From Botryllus schlosseri (taxonomy: Eukaryota), in contig CM119371.1 of NCBI GenBank assembly GCA_051294905.1, positions 34,598,001 through 34,662,000 on the forward strand: a stretch of DNA of 64,000 bases, read 5' to 3'. The position numbers and the translations under genes were made by a program. Numbering within the stretch: position 1 is the first letter of the stretch; the number at the start of each line of letters is the position of its first letter. Shown one piece after another: positions 39,401 to 53,239 of the stretch. A model generated the notes under the pieces. That model made no database searches. It was not told where the DNA came from and saw nothing but the letters and a program-made list of their open reading frames with translations.

Positions 39401-42400
39401 TTTTTTCCGCACCCTTGTTATGATTCTGGCTAGACGGTTGCTTCATATACTACAATTGCACAATAACAGAGCAGCTTCGTGAATTAACGAGTGCCTTTCA
39501 TTGCGCATATCGAAAGCTTATTGTATGTGTTATATTACCATACATCGGGGTAACGCACAATGAAGCGAGTACTCGAATCTGATTCCACTATAAATTTTAA
39601 CGATTGGAGTTGAGTTGGAAGATATGATTTTTTAGTAATGAAATAACACGCTCCTAGCCACTAATAGTTAATTTGTCAACGGTAATTATAGTTTCAGTAC
39701 TACTTTCTGCTATGGAAGGCTGTAAACATCGAATGGTCGCATCGCAGCATATGAAACAAGTATAGTGCAAAGATACGCAAAATACCGGAATATTCGTGAT
39801 CAACTCACAGATTTGTCACTAGGTATGGCCGAAGAAATACCAAATAATCTTTAATATGATGTAGAGTCACAAATTTACAATCTCCGCTATTTTGTACATT
39901 CATGTTCTTTCATCATGTGCGAGAATTTGGACTCGCGAATGCTGAAATTGTCCGCATAATTGAGAGGCGGTACTTACTTAGCTACGTCATCCGACCGCAC
40001 GTCCGGGTCCCCTGCGAATTTATCAATCGTATTGTCTGTGGAAGTTTTGACATCTCCGCTGCTGCCCGATTTGTCGCTGCGAATAGTAGATATGCTCTGG
40101 ATCAGGGGTCAACAACACGCGGCCGGTGGGCGCAGGTCATATTTAGCGGCCCGCAAACCGATATGAGATTTCGAAATAACGCTACCAGTAAAGCGTTTTG
40201 TCATGCTGAAATTGACTTCAATTTCAAAATATTGTTGTTGTTTCAAAATAACCTATTCACTTGTGCCCAACATCATCATTCCTCACGAGCTGAACGGGTG
40301 CGGTTATGGAAACATCATTCGATCGAGGGACAATCAGCTGATATGAATATAGACATATTGCCTTGACGAGCAAATGACCAGAAACTGCCAAAACCGAGAC
40401 GCTTAGAAAACGGCTGAATGTTTCTCCACAATATCAAGCTTTAGGAGGAGACAGTCTTACAGCCGGTAACGTGTAGCCTACCGCTAGCCCTAATATCGAT
40501 TCTTTAGTAGCTGAAAAGTGTTGTTAGGTATATCGTGCGAATCCCATAGTTCAAAATAAAGTGAATTTGATAATCATGATATTTCCTGTTCCTTTTCTAC
40601 ATTTTAAATAAAATATTACTTCGGTTGTGGTAACTATGCCAAACGCTCATGTTAGAGAGCACGGCGTTGTACTGACGTAATGTTTTAAAATGTGGTTGCT
40701 CAACTGCGTGGCCTATTTTGTCTCGATATTGCATTCTTGAGGCCCGCGGCCTCTACGAAATTTGAAAAGTGGCCCACGACCCGTTTTGAGTAAGCGAACC
40801 CTGCTCTGGACTAGATATTATCAATGTAAAGTCACATATATACCTTAAACTGACCGCAACATATAAGATTTATATATTATCAATACAGATGGTCATTGGT
40901 CAGTAGCGAAGTATATATATACTACTACTACTCTTCAGACTACTCGAGTAGGTTTTTCCTACTCGACTACACTTACTCAAGTGGTTCTCTCTTTTGACTA
41001 CTTCCAATCCTACTTTATAGTAATAGTTGTTAAGGCAAAACTTTATGAAGTAGAATGTAGCTTTGGGGTATATTATTATTATTATTTATTTGGTAGAAGA
41101 AAGGGAGTGTCGCCTATCACCGTTAGGTCTTGCGTGCCACGACATTAATCAATTATAATGTGGCAGCAATTCAAATAAATCGATCACAACTAAGCAAATA
41201 TTCTACCACGTATATTTCAAATGCTTTGGGGTATCTTTGTATCACTTGTACGAGTGGAATTGTCATGACAACGGAGCAAAATGGCTCTTGTATCATCTGA
41301 ACTAAGTGTTTTTCGAAATATACAAACTCTTGCATAGGCAATAGTGGATGATGCATCTCTCAATTTTAGAAGTAGTCACCAGAGGTGGTCAAAGTAGTCA
41401 AGAAAGCTACTCAAGTAGAAGTAGAAGTAGCGACGAAAAAAATATACTCAAGTACGAGTAGAAGTACTTCTTCAATTAGCCACCTGAAACTACTTTAAGT
41501 ATAAGTAGAGTTGACTGACTTTAAATCTACTCAAGTAAGTAAGTAGTTTTGAAAACAGTCTTAATTCGTTCGCATGGACTGTCAAAAGCTGCAAATTGAG
41601 CTATGCGGCTGTTTACCAGAAGACCCCATTTTTGATAATATCATGGCATAGCGCCTTACCCCATATTATAAGGCCCCAAGTTTAGGCGAAGAGCAATACG
41701 TAGAAGTTGTATCGGATAAGGTTTCATCACTTCGCCCGATAAGTATACATTAATAACGAATATTGAGAACGTAAAAGTTATATTTAGTGTAGCGTTATTT
41801 TCGGAAAATAGAGGCATTATTACTCTGACTTTCATGCTTCAACATGTATGTTCTGCAGACAAAATAACTGAAAGTAATTAGAAGTCAAAGTATGAAACTC
41901 GTAATTGAAAGTGAAATACAAATACTACTTCTAAAGAGCAAAAAAATATATTTCATGTCTTTTGTCCATAAATCTTTAAAGGTGATCTGCTAAAACAGGT
42001 GTACCGTTAAAAAAATCCTGATTTTCCAGATTAGCAAGACACGCAATAGGCTGCTAGATTACGATATTATAGGTCATTGCTAGATTGCGAAACGGTAGTT
42101 TCAAACGTTATGGTGGGCTATCTTTACTGTGATGAAATATTTGATATGGGCGACAATGCGGTGTGCGAGGAACCAAGCAATCTGATACCTAAATTATATT
42201 AACTGATACTTTCATGAAAACATACTTGTCACTCCATCACTACTATGCGCGAAGCGCAACAAAATTTCTGGACTTTACTTGACTTTTATGAATAATAAAT
42301 GTTGGTACTCCGTGAAAACAGTGCCGAAATTCCTCAGGCTATCTTTCGCATTGGGGGATTAAACTACTTCTACTTGACAATATGAAAATAGAGAAAAATA

Positions 42401-45400
42401 AGTAAGTAGATCACAAAATATTACGAAGTAGAAGTAGAGAAAATCAGATCTACTTGCATAAGTACCAGAAGTAGAGGAAAACTACTTGGGTACTTCCAAA
42501 AAGGTAGATGTACTTCGTTACTGGCCACCTCTGGTAGTCACCTCCAAGTTACTGCTACAAGCATGCTATGTCTCAGCCAATCTTGTTACGTCGCAGCGCC
42601 ACTTTTCTGGCTCTGCCTGTGTCCTCACTCCAAGTTTCTGAGACTCACTTTTCCGTGTCAGTATCTGAACTCGAGGGCGTATTCGTCTCAGCAATCGTTG
42701 AACAAGCGGATAACGAAGTACTTCGCTTGCCTTTTATCTGCACCAGTTCGAGCTTCTTCCTAAGAATGTAGACAACATCCCAGAATCAAATGAAATCTTT
42801 CCAAGTCAAACAGTCTAGAACTGGAGAACATGTGAGAACTGGAGAACATGTAAGTATAGCCTATACTGGAACTACAGAGATTGGAATATCTAATGGATTG
42901 AACCATTGTTATATTTGTGAGGTGCATTGTCACAGTTGCGTATGAATTTGAAGGCGATAGTGCATTGTGCATAAATATTAGTTTAACGCTATCCCGGATA
43001 ATACAACATTATATGAAGTCTGTTAAAAAAAAACAGCAATAATGGGACAGGAATTTGATCTTCGATTGTATGATGTTAATATTTAATATGACTATGTTAC
43101 ATTTCCAAATCTCAAATAACCTGGTAGTTAGGTTTGCGTCTGAAATCGTTTGTATTGTATGAGAAAGTTTTGTATTGTATTATTGGGCACAACACACTGG
43201 GGCTGATCGATTTTTTAGGTCTTGTGCTCCACGACACGAATTTCATAATGTCCATAGGTCTTTTGCTTTTTGGTATTCTTGGGAACGTCTTTGAATCTCT
43301 CTCGCAGTCATTCTTCATTCTCTCTCGCTCCCATGCGTCCCCATTGTTGTCTCTGCTGCCGACTTATAGCACGGCTTTTACAATGCTTTACCGTAGTAGT
43401 GAGGTCGGCGATGAGGAGCCCAGAGACACCTCCGACGCGCAGAAGTTGGTCAGAACCGGGATTCAAACCCACGTCCATTGGTGTCGGGAAATATGAGAAA
43501 ATATTACTAATCTCTTAAAATGATTACAAGAAAGAGTCTTGTGGGTCGTGCTCTCGAAAGAATTGAGAAACATAGACTGTTATCATATAGTAAATATTAT
43601 ATACAATACAAAACTGTGATGGCAATCTTAATATGCAACCTGTAAAAGACGGGTTCATGATTTAGATGTTCCCTCTGCGGTATACTATATGAGAATATAT
43701 TATACAAAGATACATGCCCATCGCCCAAGCCTTCGAAATCATGCAACACCGTGAAATAGAGATCTCCAAATCGTATACAGGTAGTAGCATAACTTACGCT
43801 CTGACTTCTTCGATGTCAGCCAGGTAGTTGCATCTGCTTTCAAGGCGAATTTTTCTCTTCGAGCTACTTTTCTCGTGTTTCGATTTCGATTCCGATTCTT
43901 CCGTCTCGGATTCACCACTTTCATCTTCCTCCGAGTCCGAGTCTTTATTGCTGTATGGAAAACTTCGTGTGATGGGATTGCTCATTGTTGGCCAATATTA
44001 TGGAGTCGAAATATTTGCGGTTTTGATTAGAGTCCTCTTCGGGTGATAGATAATCAGCCCGGCCTGTGCCTGGTAAAATGGTCTGACCGGGGCCTACAAT
44101 ATTCGTTATCGTAGCTCCCGATTGGACTATATACACTGATCTCTAAATGTAATGCATTATCAGCGATATTATGTGTAGTAAAACACCGATCTACGAAAGT
44201 TTGATAACCAGGACTTTCCAACTTACACGCAATCTGTTTTGAAAATCAGAGTTACTTTACTGATATTTGAACAAATAGGCCTACATATATAATCCAAATT
44301 CAGATTTGTTTCCGGAGGGCCGAGTAGTTTTGCTGCTACTACTGCTCAAGTAGGGTATGTTGTTGAATATACCAGTTGTCAATGTTTTGAATCGACTCCT
44401 ATACGCACTGCGAGAACTAGGTAATTTTAATTGTCTCATCTGATTGTGATTAGAGGTAAAAGCCGGTAATCTAATTATAATCTAATTTGTGATATTCTTC
44501 TATGCTCCAGTTTCAATTCGAATGTAATTTATCGTTTTTTCTTAAAATGATACGATAGAACTATACAGTGCGAAAAGAGCCAAGCTTGCTGTACACGTAC
44601 TGACGTTTTCCATTCTCGTGACAACGAACTCTGACTTGCTATGAACTGATCTTAATATCCAAGTTTTCGCGAATTCAGTAATTCTAATTCAAATCTAACT
44701 TAGAAAAGCTGAGAAATTTAATATTCTAGTTGTCCAAATGTCCAAGTTGGCTACCAGCATAGCTGGGCCATCATCCGAGGCTCTCTCAATATTCCTAATG
44801 TTAGACACCTTTTTCTTGTGAACGACGTCATTCTCTCGGGGTCGTCAGATTGTTCCTGAGCGTCGTCAGATGACATAGGTCGCAGTTCCATAGTGATCCT
44901 ATCTTCGTTTTCTGCCATCTCTACATCGGTGATTCGCTTCTTCGATGCCCGACGGGTTCTGTGATTGACGCACGAAAGTAGAATGTTCGTATAAACTTAA
45001 CGCTTGCGAGGAACCAAAAGAGATAAGCGTATATTTGCCTTTTCAAATATAAACTCAGTTCCGGTTTTGTGTGTAGAATCCGGGTTGCATTTCGTTACAC
45101 GACCATATCCAGTCCAGTAATGACTCCAAATATACATTCGGCAGACGTATAGAAAGCGAAGAGTATGCCAATTTTTAAATTTAAATCCGGTCACGCAATA
45201 TTCTTCTGTACGAACAAGTCCATATTCTCAATTACATTCGTTACATAGAGTGTCAGGTCATTTCGATCATTTCAATTAGCTTATTATTAATGATGATATA
45301 TCATATGTTCGACCTGAAAGATCATTACTTTATCAAATATGCTGGAACTCAAGAGTAGAACAGTACGGAACAGATCATCGCCGGACCTGACGTAAGGAGC

Positions 45401-48400
45401 AATATCCCGCCGCCCATCCGACAGTCGCCGAGCATGTCCACATTCAAGTCGAAATACAAGCAATTTCTACTGAATGAATAAGTCAGCCCGCTAGTTTACC
45501 CGACCATGATCTGACATATCAATGTCGCCTTCCGTCACATGCCACCTCATTTTGTCGCTTGTCCCTTATATTATCTTCTTTTACTTTTCATTCAGTGTGC
45601 ATGACTCCTCTGTTCATCGCCAAGGCCCAGGTCACCTACCTGATTTCAAAGTGTTTCAAATCGCTTCAACACCTTCCTAATTTTTCATTGTATCACATTC
45701 TTGTGGTGTATTGATCTGATGAAATTGTAGATTTAAAGTGAGTACTGAAATGATTACTGCAGAGTGCAGATGTCATCAGATTGTGGAACCACTTACTCTT
45801 AGCAATACGACAGTTAAAGCATTACCTGAATATTTCATTTTTATGTGCTATGTCATCATAGCGTTACCATATTTTGGAAATCTGAAATGAGGACATGTAC
45901 TTTTTCAAATTTTCAGACTACAATACTGGAGTAAAATCCGGAAAAATTGCTCAATTTATTCCGAGTCTGCAGTTGGTTGACTAAAAATAAGGTCAGCTTT
46001 CTGTATCAACTTCCGAAATACCCGCCGCAACGTTACTTGAGTACTAATTTCCTATATCTCAGTTTGTTTGTTTGTTTTGGGGGTATTCATGGTGTTTGTC
46101 GACTACTATGGTCATTTACACAAGGCCGATATTCTTCTTATTTTCCGTAACTGCCGACTTATAGCACGGCCCACCTCTAGGCTTTTTGTAAGACACCGCT
46201 GACGCGGATGAGGTGGCGAGGAGGAGCCTAGGTTAACCTCCAACACTTAGGTATCGCAATTCGGAATATATTGAATATATTAACATGGATTTCGCAAAAA
46301 TTTTCAAAAAAGAGGACATTTGGACGTCCTCCGAGGACACTTTCAAAAATGTCAAAAAAGAGGACAAATTCTCTTAAAAGAGGACATAAGGTAACCCTAT
46401 GCCATCAGCCATCATATATTACTTTTTAATGCAAACACATGCTCTGGGCTACAGGATTTGAGCAGCAACCAAATGAAATTCGGAAAGCCAATCATGTCTT
46501 TGTTTGAGATGCGGATCAGGACAGTATAGTTCAAATGTTTAATACCCGGCGGAAAAGGGGGAGTATTTAGTTTCAGTTGCGTGACTTCATTTTTGGAGAG
46601 AGGACTATGAGTCGTGATACATATCTCCAGACGGGCGATTGGTGATGAGCGCCGCCATTTATTCTTTTAAAACAACGATAAACTCTCATGCTAATAATTA
46701 GGGCAAGTTTCTGCAACTTTTTTTACAGATTTTAACAGCTTCCTAGATACTCAGAATTTATGTACAATGATGTTTTAAGCTGTTTGGAGGGATTTTATAG
46801 TGCAACTTTTTGCAACTTTTCTCTATTTTTCATACCAAATTTTACTGCAACTTTTATCAAATATTGTGTCAAAATGTAAAGGAGTGATTTAAAATCATGC
46901 TATAAACTATTTCCGGTATAGTTCTATTCTCATTGATTTGCATAACAAAAAGTATGATGGGTTAGCTGCATCACTGTGTTATCTATGACACAATGGTCTG
47001 CAAGCAAAAAGTTCAACTACCCCTGCCAAACACGACTGTGTCCGAACAATACGTAAGTAGGTCGCTTTTGTAATTCAGTCGTTTGAATATGAGATAGTTT
47101 CCCATTTCACGAACGCCCATGCGAGACTGCTGCCAAAATTACATTTTCACTACATCACCATATTCAGTCTTTTGATTTTCCTAAAGTCGCCTAGGGTCAA
47201 GTTTGCAAACCTAGGGGGTTTAGGGTGAGTTATTTGACTTGTTTTAGGGGTAGGGGGTGATCGCTATACTGTTTGACTTTTTGGGGGAAAATTATTCCCG
47301 CATTGCGTAATTTTCTTGCTGTGTGTAGGGGAAAAATATAAATTTTGGCGGTCTCGCCAGAATGTCCGTGAAATGGTACAGCAACAAATTTGACGACCTG
47401 CAGAAACTAGGTTATACAACATAACCTTTCGAGTGTCTCATACCCGACTAATACAACAAAAATTATAAATGCAACTTTTTACTGCAACTTTTTCCAAAAT
47501 TAAGTGCAACTTTCTCGCGATTTGAGTGCAACTAAAACCAGCCCTAATAATAGTAAAATGCCCAGCTTGATGTTCATTATACTCGCTGTCTCGTCGGCCA
47601 ATAAATGAATCCTGCAAACTACAAAATTGGGTTGTCGCGCGTATAATTGTATTGATTCGAAAATCTTCTAGTTCTCTGCACTCACTCGAGAATAAATTTA
47701 ACGACGAGAAGAAACACGACGACAAGAAGTGTTGCTATTGCTGCTGTTATTGAACTCGCTACCGAGTCCATCATGCATTCAGCGTTTTGTTCCGGCTCGT
47801 CTAGAAATGAATGGAAGCGATTATTAGGGACACATATAGGCATGCAGTAAGATCTCGGAGTCATTCTATATTTACATATATTCTAAATTAGATTTCTAAT
47901 ACATGTTGTATCGTCATACCATGGGAAAAGTCATTATAATATAGTATTTGGTTGTGAGCTGAAGTGTGCGTAAGTGAAACATCCTTTGGGCTGTTTTAGG
48001 ACCGGTCGGCAAATTCAGGCGGTTCGTAGGCCTACCGGTTCTGCAGAACCGTTAAACGAATTTTGATGAGATCAGCGAACATTTTAGCATTTCTGGTTAC
48101 TATAAATGACCGACAGAGAAACATAAAATTCGTGTTGGAACCGGCTGACAAAAATTTGGATCTGACCACGACTCGCCATTTCGACTAACAATTTAAAATA
48201 CCCGATAATACCTATAACTAAAATGGTGCCACATGGAAATCGTGCAATCGTATTTGAAAATAATATTATAACCATTTCTTGCGGCAGAAGGCATCAAGTT
48301 ACAGCCGATGCCACCCCGTGTCTCGTATATTCCGTTATTACCTGTCGTGCAGTCTTGATATCGGTATGACATTACAACGGAGCTCCCTGTCTTCACTGTC

Positions 48401-50472
48401 GCTAACGTGGGCGAATCCATTTCATGATTGTAAGTTTGAATATACCCTTCGTCGCACCCTCGGAATGACACTGGACACTCTTTATGCAGGTAGACAATGC
48501 AAGAAATGTATTTCGGGTTGATCGAGCCGATATCTGTAATCAGGAAATAGTAGCGCAAAATAGAGTCGGGGATTTCATTATACATCTAGATTTGATTAGG
48601 CGTTCTTATGTTTATCCAAGGAAACAGGATTTTAGTAGATCTATCCGTCGCAAATGCTTTGTTTTTGTTTGTTTTTCGGACACGACAATCATTGACCGTA
48701 TGTATATAGAAAACGGGACGTCTCGGTTCTCTTTGGAATTTTTTTTGACTCTGGTTAAATTTTCGTGTCAATTTTTAGTTTTCCGTTGTTTGATATCCAT
48801 GTGTAGAAACTAGCATTGGAAATTAGTTATCTCTTAAACGCTTTTGACAGAATGTTCTCATGAGTATACAATGACGATTGACAAGGTGATCTTGATCACT
48901 CTCTCACTCTTGACAGATAATCTTTTTATATACCAATTTACAGGGACTAATGGTCGCTTTTGTCTCCCCCAATACTTGGTTTACAAATTGCGGGGCATGT
49001 TCGATGGCCACCTCTCAAATAGCAATATTCAACAAATGTCACGTTTCGAAATGAAAAACCTTCCGTTTATAACCGGGAAATATCTAAAAGCGCAAGCTTT
49101 GGCTTGATTTTAGAACTATTTTTCGGACAATGGTTCCATCCGTTAACTTACCCGGGAATTCAACCATCCCCTCACTCTTTTCGCTGTCTATTTCAATGAC
49201 AGTGGCAGCACCTTCCGGTGCTTTTGGTATCTCCCATTGTTTGCAGCTTTCACTTCCTGGTGGGCTGTTGTATTGGAATTCCGTTCCTTTGCAGATTGTA
49301 CCGAGACCGACACACTGCGTCAATTGCATGGCTATGAAGGAAAGGTCTGAACTGAATTCATTTAGCGAATTCCTTTGCTTTTTCGCACTTGGTCGCACAC
49401 TTCAGTGATGGTATTGGTCTATGTGTAGGAAACAATTAGAACTTGAGGGTGAAAATCATTTTTTGCCCCAATTCTATCCAATTTACCCGAAAGAGAGTTC
49501 AACTATTACCAGGGAAACAAAACTGTTATGACCCTTTATAACAGAACTATATACTAATTCATCATACTCAGCGGTTCCAATATTAATGTTCAGTACGATA
49601 GGGACTTGGACTCTGGTAAACTGGACTGTCTGATACATTTAATCAACCGGAAACGCCCGAGAGTACTGTTACATCATGCAACCTATGTATTTACAATACC
49701 TGCAATATTTACCGCGCTATTAGGAAGTCGCTTTCGCTACACGATTCAATCCCTGATAGACTTTCTTATGGTGTCCACCTGGGACATGAAGTTTCATTCA
49801 TGAACAAACAGGCATGGTCCAAAACGCCCTAGTTTACGAGAATCACCCGCTATACATTAGGGCGGAGCATGGACCGAAGTCGGATTGGATATCCGGGCGG
49901 ATTTTCTTATTTTTGGCCGGAGCCCGTTTGGAACCGGATCAGTACTTTTTCTGGCACGGCCATAGCCGGATCAGTAGTTTTACTAAGAATATGACAGTCT
50001 TACCCTCTTCCACTCTCAAATCAATTTAAAATGAAACGTTCATGGGAATAAACCGCATGCTAAGTCCAAGTTGACGGAATTATTCCAGATGAGTGTTGGT
50101 TTGGATCTTTGAGTTTTTACTGCCCTGTTTGCATTGTTTCAATCAATATTCAAAACCACCCTGTGAGCAGATAATTATCATCGTAGTTTTTCGGACCGGA
50201 GTCGGACCAGAGCTTTAAAACACAGGATTGGAGTATAGGACCGAAGAATTGTGACGATTCGCAAGCATGCATGCGACATCTCCCTCTGCCTAATGCCCCA
50301 AGCAACAGCGTTCGACCTGGATCTTTCGGTTGTCTTATCGTGTCAGTCACTTGCCTCGATATTGTCATTAACTACTAATTAAAATTCACAATTCACAAAT
50401 TCAGTATACAGAAAGTTATATACCTGTCAGAGTCAATGCAATTCCGAAGGCGGTCGCGGCATATCCATCCAT
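30472..50472 (-). CDS. Type I transmembrane receptor (~690 aa): signal peptide, small Cys-containing CUB-like ectodomain, TM, long cytoplasmic tail with repeated Tyr motifs; 3' end unresolved
   Basis: In-frame GT-AG exon chain: 50472-50424, 49346-49152, 48533-48342, 47800-47686 (TM ITAAIATLLVVVFLLVV), 44958-44809, 43950-43798, 42759-42649, 40076-39978, 38728-38570 (weak acceptor), 38126-38010, 36060-35938, 34842-34753, 34457-34296, 33900-33748, 31658-31566, 30582-30472. Phases are compatible throughout. CKQWEIPKAPEG resembles CUB CxWxIxAPxG. Confidence 0.8.
31893..33735. mobile_element. hAT-type non-autonomous element with internal tandem units and a nested MITE
   Basis: TIR CAGTGGTTCTTAACCTT; perfect TSD GTATAGAC; lies in a receptor intron, 12 nt from an exon. 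Confidence 0.9.
33006..33189. mobile_element. 184-bp miniature of the CAATGTTCCCTCTAA family
   Basis: Same TIRs as 3991-5510; TGAGGTG duplicated on both sides. Confidence 0.8.
37407..37852. mobile_element. TAGGGC-TIR MITE with TTTTAAAACA motifs
   Basis: TAGGGCTGCATTT/AAATATAGCCCTA inverted ends. Confidence 0.6.
40103..40803. mobile_element. Charlie-like MITE
   Basis: CAGGGGT../..AACCCTG ends; TSD CTCTGGAT/CTCTGGAC; GGCCCG motifs. Confidence 0.8.
41380..42533. mobile_element. hAT-type element with AGTAGAAGT subterminal arrays
   Basis: TIR CAGAGGTGG/CCACCTCTG; perfect TSD GTAGTCAC. Confidence 0.9.
45330..45733 (+). mobile_element. LINE 3' end (same family as 3415-3982)
   Basis: IKYAG..IPPPIRQSPSMSTFKSKYKQFLLNE* plus the shared 3' UTR. 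Confidence 0.75.
45859..46399. mobile_element. TAGGGTTACCATA-family element with a nested SINE fragment (~46070-46255)
   Basis: TAGCGTTACCA/GGTAACCCTA ends; TSD TGTCATCA/TGCCATCA. Confidence 0.8.
46699..47546. mobile_element. TAGGGC-TIR element with TGCAACTTTT arrays
   Basis: TAGGGC/GCCCTA ends; TAATAAT at both flanks; motif arrays at both subtermini. Confidence 0.7.
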
Positions 50473-51064
50473 AGTGAAGTCGGCAGATTATTACGTGTCC
50501 ATTGTTTATATCTATCTTTCTTATTTTATGTTACGTATATCGTTAAAATTGCACACAGAACCAAATGGCGTGTCCCATTCTTACTAAACAGTGCCGTCAC
50601 TTTCTTATGGTCCTCATTATTATTACGGAATACTAAACTGTTTCTTCCGCTCGTTCGGTATGCACAGATTAACGGATCGCTGTTAAGGGTGGCACCCTCT
50701 TAGCGAATAAAATGTATGCTCACACCGTAGCGTACCATCACCCGTGATATACGGGTGTGAATATACCAGTGTTGGGATCAAGTCACTACATTCGAGTCAC
50801 AAATCATCTCGAGTCATGGCAAATTTCGTCTCGAGTCAAGTCAAGTCAATCGATTTTTTAACGTGATTCGAGTCAAGTCAAGTCAAGGTATGATTAAGTC
50901 AAAATATATCCGACTACAATTTAAATCATACAAGAAGTTTCGCTAAGATGAGCACCGGGCATCAATGTCCACTGACCACTGACCTGTCTTTAGAAGAGAG
51001 GTGGATACTTTGCTACTATATTGCTTTCCTACCAGTTGACTGTAGGCTCCAACAGGGTTGGGAT

Positions 51065-52572
51065 CAATGCTCCCTCTAAGCTGCGCACGTGCGCAAATGC
51101 GCAGTGCTGAAACGGCCTCTGCGCACAGAAAATCTACGTTGCGCACATCAGTAATGATGTTTTTTTTATAGCTGTTGCGCACTGTTGTCCAATGGACCAC
51201 GCATGCGCGCAGATTCGTGAAAATTAAGATGGAACATTGCCAGGGCCAAATAGTGTTATCACTGAAGTCTGAAACCGAGGTACAAGTGCGCCCCGCAAAG
51301 GTAACTATTCCGCTCCGTGAGGAAATTAGAGTTCACAAGGACCTGCGCCTCACGGAAGATATTTTTTAGTATGGCCTCGTAAACGTGAGCGATACTGATA
51401 TCATTACAATAGCACATTATTTTCTGGGAATGGCGAAATAACCTGGTTTCACAAAGTTATAAATAACAATGGGCTAGCTCGAAGTTAATCTGCGAGAAAC
51501 TAACGAATGATAGTCTTCTTCGCGTGGCATGAACATTGCGTAAGATTTACTCAGGACCGTAACTTTCGCACCCCAAACCCCCCAATTGGAGGGGCCGAGC
51601 TCGAAGGGGGTCCAAAATTATTTCGAGAATTAACATATATCATGGTGTATTTTTTAAAATTTTTCAGGAATTTTTTTTCGCGCTACGCGCGTTTTATTAT
51701 TGTAAGAAGTCTGATTATTGGGTACCCTTTCCCAACAAAAATTAGGCATGATTTATAGAAATGGGCAGTTGGGCGTCGGCCATTACCGCACCATGACGCG
51801 CCAAGACATATGAAGTTAAAGGTTATGTAACATGCGAATCCAAGAAGTGCGCCAGAACGATCAGCAGCGAGAAAACCTTGGGCGAAAAAGACTGCCCCGG
51901 CGCTGACCGAAAACTTCGATATATACAAATATATGTGTAATTGTCCATGTCCATGGGCGCCTAAATGGCTGGCGCCGGATGTTCCTGTCCTGGCGATCCG
52001 AATCCCACAATAAGACAAATGCCATATCGAGGGAACATTATTTTCCAGTTAAGAAATACCAATTTGAAATCGTGTACGTCTTTTACTTTAGTACGTTTTG
52101 GCGATTTCAATATCTTTTGACATAGCAGATAGGGGGTCACGAAATAGCATCATGTAAGAAGTCATTATATCAACGGGTACGCCCGAAGATGTTTTATTAT
52201 TATTTAGAGGGCCTATCTATTCCCACACACCTCACTGGATCAGCTCTACCGGTAAATCTGATTATGTGAGCAGGTAGAGGATAACAATTGATAGCAATAT
52301 ATAAGCAATTCCCGATCATATTGGCCGATGCAATCATGAATTATAGAAATTTTTCGCGCTTCGCGCGTTTAGGGATGCTACTGCTAAATGGGCACCCAAA
52401 GTACATGATGAGTATCGGAAGAAGCCTACATCCGTAGGGGGGTCTGGGGGGCGAAGCCCCCCAGTAGTTAGTTTATCACCCTATTGGAGGGTGGTTGCAC
52501 ACTGTTGTCCGAGGGACTGCGCAGTGAGTAGGCGTGTTTGCGCAGACGCTTGAAAAATTAGAGGGAACATTG
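51065..52572 (-). mobile_element. 1.5-kb CAATGTTCCCTCTAA element (copy 2, inverted relative to 3991-5510)
   Basis: Perfect TSD GTTGGGAT; end-to-end homology with copy 1. Confidence 0.92.
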
Positions 52573-53239
52573 GTTGGGATGACTCGAGTCACCTTTTTCG
52601 TATGACTTGACTTGACTCGAGTCACTCTGCTAAAATGACTTGACTTGACTTGACTCGTCGTATCAGAAATATGGATTAACTCGTGACTCGGAGCAAAATT
52701 AAAGAGTCAATTTCAAGTCCTCAATTAATCGGTGTCGATAAAAATCACTGTATCTTGCATATGTTCGCAAAACGGTGTGTAACCCGTGACAGCAACCAAT
52801 CATTCAATGATTGCTCATTTTACTGAGCCTCCATTGTTCTCTCAAAAATAAATTGACACAAACGAAGTGATCGAAGCTTACAGCTTACGTTGCCATAAAC
52901 TAGTAGTAAAGTAATATAATAGAAAATTATCTATTTCAGTTCCTACCTTAACCAAACCTCTTGTTTTACTGATTTTGAATTCGAATATAGTTTATATGGG
53001 CTACTTCTCAACCATTGGCGCAGGCTCGAATTGTATCATATCAATATGTAAAAGGGCAGAGGATAATGTATTGCATCTTATCAATTGGTTTTTCTATTCT
53101 CTATTTTTGCTGGCAACTGTAAACTGAGACTACTTATATGTGAGCGCCTTCTGTGCATATTCAACTCTATATTCGTTCATCGGTTCAGAATCAATGACCA
53201 CTCAATCTGTATTTCAGACAGCTAGCAAAGTGTAATGAC

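Noticed and set aside
43112..43350. Possible extra receptor exons (also ~36989-37037, ~31095-31178, ~29700-29765)
   Set aside because: Splice phases or stops do not fit the phase-2 chain unambiguously; left out pending transcript data.
43945..44136. RHIM-like IVQSG..NIVGPG ORF
   Set aside because: Lacks the [IV]Q[IVL]G core, is out of frame with the neighbouring exon and falls in a predicted intron.
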